Source of the DNA: Trichosphaerium sp. ATCC 40318 | Lineage: Eukaryota > Protista > Tubulinea | Reading direction: 5' to 3' | Assembly (NCBI GenBank): GCA_038496445.1 | Contig: JALMLS010000471.1 | Span: 136,829 to 200,828, forward strand | Length of the DNA: 64,000 nucleotides | Shown here: positions 25,855 through 35,816 of the stretch, one piece after another | How positions within the stretch are numbered: position 1 is the first letter of the stretch | How the letters are laid out: every line of letters starts with the position of its first letter | The notes under the pieces: model-generated | Databases searched by the model: none | What the model saw: the letters and a program-made list of their open reading frames with translations, nothing else | What the model was told of the DNA's origin: nothing | Translations under genes and position numbers: made by a program

Positions 25855-26880
25855 ATGAACTCAAATAGCTCATTCTTTGATGAGATACCCATTGAAGTAG
25901 TAGTTAACATTCTACAATTTGTTTCCGAGCTTTCTATTCATTCATTTGTCTGTACATCATATTTACTATTCGATATAGCAACACAACACTTGGGATACGT
26001 AAATAAGATTGTACTAGAAAAGAGAAAACAGCTGAAAAAAATATTCAACAAGTTCCATCATTTAATCAAGACAGCAACAATTCATATTCAGTTTCGTCTC
26101 AAACAAAGTGACTTAAAGTACCTCAATGGCGCTTATGCTCTCCAACTCAGAAATGTTAAGAAGAATATTGATTTCACAAACTTTAAAGTTATTAATGGTA
26201 TTACCTTTACGCCTAGTAATGGTAGTAATGGTGATATAAATGATGATCATCTGTTGCAACTTGCTGGAATACATAAAATAGGATTGTCTTTTTCTTTTGT
26301 AACAGATTATGGTATTAAAGCATTATCTGGGGTTCATACAATTGATTTAACCGGTTGTGACATAACAGATGATGGTGTTAAAGCATTAGCTGGAGTTCAT
26401 ACAATTCATTTATGCAGTTGTCAATACATTACAGATGATGGTGTTAAATCATTGGCTGGAGTTCATACAATTGGTTTAGCTTGCTGTAAGATTACAGATG
26501 ATGGAATTAAGGCATTGGCTGGTGTGTATGAGATTGATTTAACCTGGTGTTTACAAATTACAGATGATGGTGTTAAAGCATTGGCTGGAGTTCATACAAT
26601 TGATTTAAGTGGCTGTACTCAGATTACAGACAATGGGTTCAAAGCATTGGCTGGAGTTCACACAATTAATTTAAGCAGTTGTGATGACCTTACAGATGAT
26701 GGTGTTAAATCATTGGCTGGAGTTCATACAATTGGTTTAGCTTGCTGTAAGATTACAGATGACGGAATTAAGGCATTGGTTGGTGTTCACTCAATTGATG
26801 TAAGTTATTGCCCTCTTGTTACACAAGCTGGTCTCAAAGTACTAGCTGGCACAAAATACATTCGTAACAGCCATTCTTGA
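25855..26880 (+). CDS. Intact intronless F-box/LRR protein
   Basis: MNSNSSFFDEIPIEVVVNILQFV F-box followed by about 9-10 repeats of ITDDGVKALAGVHTI.L..C. Confidence 0.88.
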   Translation: MNSNSSFFDEIPIEVVVNILQFVSELSIHSFVCTSYLLFDIATQHLGYVNKIVLEKRKQLKKIFNKFHHLIKTATIHIQFRLKQSDLKYLNGAYALQLRNVKKNIDFTNFKVINGITFTPSNGSNGDINDDHLLQLAGIHKIGLSFSFVTDYGIKALSGVHTIDLTGCDITDDGVKALAGVHTIHLCSCQYITDDGVKSLAGVHTIGLACCKITDDGIKALAGVYEIDLTWCLQITDDGVKALAGVHTIDLSGCTQITDNGFKALAGVHTINLSSCDDLTDDGVKSLAGVHTIGLACCKITDDGIKALVGVHSIDVSYCPLVTQAGLKVLAGTKYIRNSHS

Positions 26881-27361
26881 CAGAGATAACTTAATTGGTA
26901 GCAGTTCCTACACAAACCAAGAATGTGCAGAACTATTATTTGTCAAGTGATACAATGCAACAAAAAGAGAAACACCAAGTCTCATAGTTATGCGTAGGTT
27001 TAATTATGAAACAACAGCAAAGAGAAATTACTACATCCAACATTAAATATGCTTCATTGAAAGTACTTTAACTTGTTGTTAAGTCAGTGGAGTTGACATT
27101 GAAATTGAGTTATTACAATTTAACAATAAACCACTTTTCAAAAAAAGGTACCTCCTGATAAGTACAAGCACGTGAATTTCTGGTCCTACCCTCATATAAA
27201 GTCTACTCCATAAGTAGTACATCGCTAGGCTAGTTTGTGTACGCTAGTGGGTTGCCTGTATGCACAGACCATCTCGAAAACTAGCTTTTGTGCTAACAAA
27301 AAAATTAGCGCTATTTCAGGTCAAACTCGGTCCTGTAGTTATTTAAAGACTATCACACGCT

Positions 27362-28064
27362 ATGTCACTAGATCACGATAGCTTGATAATAATATTCAGC
27401 TATATAGAGCCAAATGAGCTCCTTTTAGCTTCGATTGTCAATAAACACTGGAATATGGTTGCTACAAGCAACGATATGCGTAAAACTTTACATATATGGC
27501 CTGTTGTTCTAAAAAAGACTTCAACGAGTTGGCTTTGCTCTTACGCCCATTATTATTCAATGCTCTTTTATGATCATAGCTCCGAAGCTGTTTACTACCG
27601 TTTAACTCGAGATCTCAAAGAAAGTGCAAGGCAAACTTTCTTTATAACACTTAACAGAGACGGAACCTTTGTATACAATACATATATAGACATGAACTGG
27701 CACACGGGTACCATTACTAAAGGTATCAGGAGATAAATACCTCACAGTGCTACTAGTAGTTATGGAATTCTTGAAATACTAATTAAAAAAAATAGGCACG
27801 TGGATATTGTCAAGGAATAAAAAAGGGTGGGCAGTAAAAACTCATGAAAAGGAAACAAGAGATGAAGTGGATTACTGGGATAGCGAAGAAGATTTTTCTG
27901 AGAATGAAGCTGATACAAAAGAGCCTGAAGTTTTCAATAAATGTAATAATCACGTGACCTATACAGCCGTGATAGATGAGAATAATGAAAGAGTTATGGG
28001 ATTGATAGTGCCTTTAAAAAAGAAAGACAAAGACAAAGTTGTAATGAAAAAAAGCACATACTAG
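27362..28064 (+). CDS. F-box protein with one intron (27723-27795)
   Basis: SLDHDSLIIIFSYIEPNELLLASIVNKHW F-box; a GT-AG intron joins ORFs 27362 and 27807 in frame. Confidence 0.75.
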
Positions 28065-28745
28065 TAAAATTGCAACTCAGTACTCTACAACAATAGTCAA
28101 TATTTCCAAAAGTGATAAGGCAACTATGTCGGTTTCTTGTAAGTATTACTATATTTACTGCTTTCGTTTGCTTCACGAGGCTGCTGAGAGTATAGTAAAG
28201 TTGGAACTGTAAGTTCTTTGGATGCTGGATATACAAGGAATCTACATTACAAAACACTTATGCTGCTTCTAATAAGCACAATAGAGTAGTGCCAAATATG
28301 AAATAAAACCACCCAACAATGGTACCAAATAGATTCATACGATTAATCACAATTTCAAACATCTCACCTGTACTGACATTAACAAAACAGTTCATAAAAA
28401 AACGCTGCAGGGAAACAAACCGGAACCCAACAAGAACTTATTTAAACAGAACTTTAAAGAAAGGCTCTAAATATTACATGTGTAAAAAAGCATTTATATT
28501 AAAGCCAGCTTATGTCAATAGCAATAAGACTACAACACTTCTATTGTAATCATATTATTACCATTCACTGACAGACAGCTAAGTTTTATGACGGAGTGAC
28601 TTTAGTCTAAAACCATGTTGATAAATCTACTCCTTTGACAGAAGAGTGCTAGAAACTCACTTTCTAGAAATTAAAGTACAACACATGTTCTCTAACTTCA
28701 GATTTATTGTTTACAGAACTCTTGAAGGTACAAAAGTATCCACTG

Positions 28746-29513
28746 CTACCCGTTGTGATAGTTTAGTATGCAATTCGATATGTCCTTATTGCTTGTATTG
28801 TACGGAAGCAAAGTTCTAGTGTCGTAAGCTAAGCTAGGTAGCGGATGTTCAATTGACATTGAGTCGAGGGTGTCGTCAAAATGAACGTATGGGGCTGATA
28901 TGATAGGATGGTAACAGTACGGCATCACGTGATCGAACTCGGTATTCAACAGAGGGTCCTCGACTAGTTCAGATACACTCTCGAATCCTACAACTTGTAA
29001 GCAAAAAACTATATTCTAGTTGTTAGTTGTTGGTACCTGCTTGTTTAATTTGAGTAAGCTGTCTGAAATCAGTAGGGTTGAAGTCTTTAGTCATATCGGC
29101 GGGTCCTCCAGGATGAAAAAATACCACCTCGTTCAAAGCTATCCCATCAAACGTAACTTTTTTAAACTCTTTTCGTTTTTCCTAAAAAACCATAAGGTGT
29201 ATGAAACTACAACTGACACCCAAGTACCTTCATACTTGATCTGATACCATAATTGTATGCATTACGTATTGTAGATCCGATTTTACCGTAGCTTAGTAAA
29301 TCCTGAACCTGCTGGTCGTCGAGATAGATCAACCAACCACCAAGTTGTCCAGTTTTAAAACATACCTAATGTGTGTTAGTTTAATAAAAGACGGGAGCTA
29401 CACGTGATTTTCTGCTATGGCTTTAGTTTGCTTGTACGTACAATACAACGCTTTGAATAGCGTCTATGCTTGCGGGATTCTGAAAGAAATTGGAGAAGAA
29501 AGTTAGCTGACAT
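28746..29513 (-). CDS. Unknown gene family, copy A (weak AIG2/GGCT-like resemblance)
   Basis: Spliced; shares GWLIYLDDQQ, FFHPGGP.DMT.D.NP and LP.LAYDT.TLLP with copies B and C. Confidence 0.6.
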
Positions 29514-30936
29514 GACAAGTGTTGGTAGTTATGTTTGGTCTCAACAGAACTTAACAAAAAAACGGTCTTGTGGAATTCCAGACTCCAACACATAAAACTG
29601 TACATCCAAGGATTACAAAGACATTATAGTGGCCATTCACATACACAAATTAATCAGCTAACTAAAAAAGGTTAAGTGAACAAAACATCAACAAACAAAA
29701 AAAACCCGTAAATAGTTTTATGCGTGAACAAGATTTAACATAAAGTGGGAGATATATGGGGACTGCATGGTATTAATAAGAATACCAATGATCTTTTGTA
29801 TATGAGAAAAAAGTCTCTGTCCATAGAGCACCTTTTACACGTTGTCATTTTTTTGATGACCGCATTTATATTGCAGTAGTACCGTTATAAATACCGTGTT
29901 ATAAATACTTTTTGGCAGTATTTGTAGAATTCTTAACAACAACAAAACGTACTTGTTTTTATTCCTTATCCAAAATCACGTGTCATCTGTAGAGTTAAGA
30001 GAAGTACCGATTTTTTTTCTTGAAATTATAAGCATCCGTTGTCAGTTTTGATAGCGCGATCATCGGAGACTGGTGCATCAAAAGATGATCAAAAATACAT
30101 CTCTTTAAAGCCGTGCATACGCCTGGCACGTACAGTGATCTCCATGAGAACCGGTGAACACAGAAGTGATACAACAAAAAAACTATGAAGGATAATTGAA
30201 GAAACAGAACATCTCTTTACGCTAGTTTACGCAGAACACAAGAATTAACGTTAACATATGCATTAACTTGTAGTACTAACCACTAATGGAAATATTATTA
30301 ACTACTAGCGTACTGGGAATGATAACGATTGGTCGTTACGATAATTTACAACCAGTAATATTTACTCTTTGTTTCGAACAGTGTTCGAACGTTGCCTTGC
30401 CCCGACACACGCTCTAATGCCGACATTTGAGAGAAAACATTGGATATGGTCGTAACAGCCGCAAGTTTCGTACAAAAAAGGTAAGGAGAACAGTTCCCAG
30501 TTGTGATATTAATGAATGAAAATGCGTGTACTTTCATCTAGCGTGTAAATTCTTCTCCTGGCTACGCTAAGCAAATGTGTAACCACAAGTTATGCTGCAC
30601 CAATGATGTAAAAGGCACGTGATAGTATTGTAGCGGTAAAATTTTATTGTCGGACTATTACATCGCGAAGTTGCGTGTGTTAATCTAGCTGGCTTCGCTG
30701 TATCATATTCACAATTAACTGGACTCTTAATAAAATGTTCATGGTGTAACTACAAAAAACGTTTTCAGGAAACACGAGGAATGGTCAAACTGTTAGACCA
30801 ATCCTCAATCCCAACAAACTATCTGGGAGGAAAAGAACACTGTCCCTGACCATAGCTCTGGCGCAGAGCAGGCGTGTGTGTGGTTTATTTACATAGAGCG
30901 ACAGGGAGTGCATTGAAACAAATAAAAGAAATGGGG

Positions 30937-31124
30937 GTTAGATCAGACCTGTGCCAATCAATCAGCAAAGACGATCTGGGAGGAGAGGAACACATCTGTC
31001 CCTGACAGATAGCTCTAGCGCAGAGCGAGCGTGTGTGGTTTTTTTACCCATATCAATCCTCTATCCAAGGTTGATAGTCAAGTTCGTTCTGACCAAACGT
31101 CTGAAATGTCTTCATGTTCAGTCA
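30937..31124 (+). repeat. Dispersed ~190-bp structured repeat, with an inverted copy at 53014-53202
   Basis: Near-identical reverse complement at 53014-53202; partial module copies at about 30790-30890 and 52855-52915. Confidence 0.85.
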
Positions 31125-31152
31125 TAAATGATAGGGACACTCGCTCAATATT

Positions 31153-31930
31153 CTTTTTTTTTTTTTTTGAGGTAAAGCTGGTTTATTAATAAAACCTCAG
31201 AATGCATTGGTAGGACCAACAGCAACTAGCGGTGCTTGTACATTTTTACAATATTATACTTTTTTTTTCAGGTTTTTAGTTTTTCGTGTTCGTGCACTAC
31301 TCCACATACGAGCTGAGCCATACTGATCGGTTTCTTGTACGGACTGGTGTGGATGGTGCCAACCTTGCCTCAGGCACTGGTGTGCCATCAAGAAGGATGT
31401 GAGAGATCTCGTGACCCACTGCGAACGCCCCGTCGTTGTATTGAAGGCGCTAAAGAAGAGCTGACGGATTTTTGTATGCTCAAAAGGCGTGAAGTCGTGA
31501 CTGTAATTGGGATCAAACACCCAATATTCTATGTTATCGTTATAAACCGCCCAAGGCGGTGACTTAATGCTGTCATTGATATTGACTGCCAGCAAATAAT
31601 ATTTCTTGAACCTAAACCGGACTTCCTTTGAAGTCAAGGGTGTACCATCATACTTGATATCATTACGTACCTTCCATATAATGGACATGATGATTGATAT
31701 AGCCAGTAGCGCTGATACATCTCTGTCAAAGCTAAAGAGAGTATCCAGGCCCCACGTACCATCTAACAAAACTAAGTAAGGTCCTCCAGCAGTGTGGCAA
31801 TCGCTTGTGCTGGTTTCCACTCCCAAAATATAACCTCATGTTTTTCATAAGGCCTAGCCATGATCCTGTGAGTAACAGAGCACCCGCATAAGGTAACGCC
31901 ATAAATTATCTCTGGGATGATTGCACCCTT
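31153..31930 (-). mobile_element. 5'-truncated L1/Tx1-like non-LTR retrotransposon remnant
   Basis: Minus-strand ORF with IIWKVRNDIKY (L1-type C-terminal W..RN motif), an AATAAA signal and a poly(A) tail (T run at about 31153-31168 on +). The 5' boundary is approximate. Confidence 0.65.
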
Positions 31931-32112
31931 TGATGCACCTAAGTGAGCCTACTATATACTTGTAATCGTACAATTTAAAACATCAACCACTGAGAGCTTT
32001 TTTGCCGCATAGCGTTTAAGTGGAAGTCAACATGCTTGTTTCAAACAAATTTGAACAAAGCTAAAGGCTTAGAAATAACTTATTAATAATTTATTATTTT
32101 AACAAGAAGCAG

Positions 32113-33031
32113 TTACCAATCTCGATAGTTTACTGTCATGTTTGAAATATCTAAATTCCCTGCATCATTTGGAAGCAAAGTCCTTGTGTCGTATGCCAAA
32201 GTTGGTAATGGATACTCACTATGATCTGGTTCAACTACTCTTTCTTCTGTATCGTCCTGAGAAGAATTGAGGCTGCTATAACCATGATCTGTTGTTGTAG
32301 ATGGATCATCTGAGTCTATAGAGGAATCAAGGGCGTTGCTAAAATTGACTTGTGCTTCTGATAAGATAGGAGGTAAGAAATTACTTGAGTCTCTGTTTTG
32401 ATGCGAGTGGTTTGTTTCGTACACTTGTGGATTCTCTGTTATTTGTGTAACGCATTTAAAACCTAATCACGTTGTCAGAAGGTTGTTTTTTGAGTTTGAT
32501 TTTAGCTGTACCTCGTCGTATATAGTGAGTTAGACGTTTGAATTCATTTGGATTATAGTCTTTTGTCATATCAGCAGGGCCTCCAGGATGGAAAAATACA
32601 AACTCGTTCAACGTTACTCCGTAAAACTCAACTTTTTTAAATGTTTGACGTCGTCTCTAAACATGAAAGATAAGAACAAGCTGAGCAGTAAAGTTGCTAA
32701 AATTCAAAGAACACATGGTAAAACCACCCAAATACCTCCATACTTGATCTGATACCATAGCTATACGCATTTCGTACTGTAGGTTCGATATCACTGTAAT
32801 TTAGTAAATCATGAAGCTGTTGGTCGTCAAGATAGATCAACCAACCGAATTGACTTCCATCTTTAAAGTACACCTAGTTTACTGTTTAACTTTGGGGCAA
32901 AAAGGGATATCACGTGATTAAAAATATTTTAGGTTTTCAAGTCTAATACGTATGCTTACTACACAGCGCTTTGAATAACATCTGTATTTACGTGCATATT
33001 TAAGAAATTGATGAAGAAATGTTCTTGCCAT
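32113..33031 (-). CDS. Unknown gene family, copy B
   Basis: Starts MARTFLHQFLKYARKYRCYSKRC; same exon pattern and motifs as copies A and C. Confidence 0.6.
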
Positions 33032-33451
33032 GGTCTCTCCTGGTTTTCTTTTGTTGAATAAGTCAACTACACTTAATGTGCACATTAACGGGTTACCCAA
33101 ACCGTTTAAAAAAGCCGTGTATATTTTTTTGGAGTACATGGCCATCACTTTATAGTGCAGACGTGATATCATAGGTGTTATCAGATCATGAAAAGCAGTA
33201 AAAACTGTCCATTGGCGTTAACAAGATTCATTGAAAGAAAAAGAAAAACCCTTGACCCTCGTTGTGATTTTGGGTATGTGCACGGCTTACTTGATAGGTA
33301 AGAAAAACTTCGCTCAATTAAATAGACATTTTGGAAGTATTTGGATGGGATTAAACTTTGATGTATTTGAGTAAAGTGATTTATTTGAGTACAGAATTTT
33401 ACAGAATAAATTAAAGGTGGTTGTAGACACAAGCGAATGAAGTGGTCGGTG

Positions 33452-34277
33452 TTACCCATTGTAATAGTGTAATATAGAGTTCGATACGTCTCTGTTGCTA
33501 GTATCATGTGGAAGTAAGGTATTGGTATCGTATGCCAGTGGCGGTAGTGGCGGGTGACAATCAGTTGAGTCAGTGGTTGAAGATTCAATTGACATCTCAT
33601 CTAAGTCCACAGAAGAATCGATGTTGTTACTAAACGTAACACGTGCTTCTGACAAGATAGGTGGGAAATAACATTGTTGGCTTCGAGCGCAGCGTTTTTT
33701 GTATGACAACGTACGATCCTCGACTACTTTTGTTACGCTTTTGAAACCTACATTCTTTTAGAAATTTTCTTGAAATCATGTTTGTTTACCTGGTTGGTTA
33801 AAATGAGTCAGTTTTTTGAATTCGTTTGGATTATAGTCTTCTGTCATGTCATCAGGGCCTCCAGGATGGAAAAATACAAATTCGTTCAATGTGATGCCAT
33901 CAAAAGTAACTCGCTTAAACTCTTGGCGTTTTTTCTAAATGTTTAAGATTCACAGAAACTGCGTAAAAACAGCACAAGATACCTTTAGAGTTGATCTGAT
34001 GCCGTAACTGTAAGCATTGCGTACAGTAGATTCAATATCACTATATCTTAACACTGCTTGAACCTGTTGGTCGTCAAGATAGATCAACCAACCGTCAAGA
34101 TCTCCATCTTTAAAAGATACCTTTGTAACTGTAAGTGTTATTAACGTAGTAAAAATAGGACTACACGTGATAAACTAAAGAATTATACGGTGGAAATACA
34201 CGTACGAGGCAAGGCGTAGAATAGCGTCTATATTTCTTGGCATGTTTAAGAAACTGTCGAAGAAACGTTGTTGACAT
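33452..34277 (-). CDS. Unknown gene family, copy C
   Basis: Starts MSTTFLRQFLKHAKKYRRYSTPC; same exon pattern and motifs as copies A and B. Confidence 0.6.
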
Positions 34278-35816
34278 CAAAGTTGGTGTACGCAATATTA
34301 GCCTAACAGTTACTGAACTTAACTGGTAGAATGTGCAGTCGATTGTAGTATATTCGCAATACCCATAATTCTTCATGGAGGAGGCTACCAGCAGCTTTAT
34401 TGCCAGTAACAAAGATAGACCTGTTTCAATAAAAGTAAATAAATAGCGAATAATATTCGCTAACCAAAAAGAATATCTATGAAACTTAAAACCGTACAAT
34501 ACAAAGACACATGTTAATATCAAACAGTTTATACAACATAAATACTTACATGGAAAAAGGAGGATCACGGAGGGGTAGTGTACACAAGTGCCACAAATTA
34601 TTATCTTCTTTTCAAGAAAAATACAAAATGGGTCCAAAAGACGCTAGCGTGCGTTCCAATCATCAAAGGGTTCATAAACCTACCTAATAAAGTACAGTAC
34701 TACTGGTACATAAATGCACACTATCTCAAAAGTGTAAGAATTTCCGGTTAACAGAGAAACACAGAACGTAAAAAAAATTTGTTTCTTCACACGTGGTACG
34801 AAAAGCTATGTGTCTACTGACAAGTTTTTGGAGGAAGTACCTTTTATTTTTCCTTTAAAACCGACACCCATGTTGTTAAATACTTCGTTATAGACTAGCT
34901 GTGGATATATAAATAGAAGAGTGTCGTTGCGTTGATCACGCGATATCATTCCACATAAGCACAAAAAAAAAGAACGGGCATCATTAATGCGTATACTACG
35001 CACGTGGGTAAGTATTGAGCTTATTTTAGTTTTGTTTAAGAACGAGCCGTCTTTTTTTTTGTGTTTCCACTACAGTGTGCACGTGAATGTACCATAAAGA
35101 ACCAAAAACCGTCATAAAACAACATTTTTAGTATTTTTATGTTTTTCATAGCATTGGACTTCTATAGTGCCGTCTTTTTACCCGATCTGTAAACTTCGAA
35201 GCAATTGTATGTTGACGCTTTGACAATTCTACTTGGCTTAAACAGTGAAAAAGAGAACTCTTGAACTTCGTGTCTAAGTTGTTCATACATGCTTTTCCCT
35301 ATCACCCTGATATACACGGTTACACAATAATAGCTACAAGTTCTTTGCTTTCGTCATCAGTGTTCAGAACTAACAACGCACAGTGCTTGCAATATCAGGT
35401 ATTGTCGGAAAAACAGAAGTTAAAAGAAATTCCATAGTGAATTGATTTTGGAAACATTTTAAAGCAACGCACATTTCTTTGTATACTGTAACAAGATACG
35501 TTTAAAACAAAAACAATTTTGTACGCTATTATTAAAGCATTTTGATTCGACACTGCCACAACGCAGCACCTTTATTACCATCTTTATTACAATACAAAAT
35601 ACAAAAAAATCACCATCTCCGAAATCAAGGTTAAAAAGAGGACACTGTTCCATCTGCATCAAAAGCTCACCTCCATAGAATGGATAATCAGCACATTGCA
35701 GCCATACCGGATCGCCACCAAGGATTTTCGTATCCTACGCTATCCTGTACTATTTTAACTTCGGTCAAGAACTCGCAAAGTCCAGAGAAGTCACCAAGTT
35801 TTTTGTAAATCTTTGT

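Noticed and set aside
26320-26800. Regularly spaced direct repeats resembling a CRISPR array
   Set aside because: They are coding LRR repeats in a eukaryotic gene, and no cas genes are present.
30985-31040. Hammerhead ribozyme interpretation of the three-way junctions (also 38184-38248)
   Set aside because: The CUGANGA and GAAA core motifs are absent on both strands.
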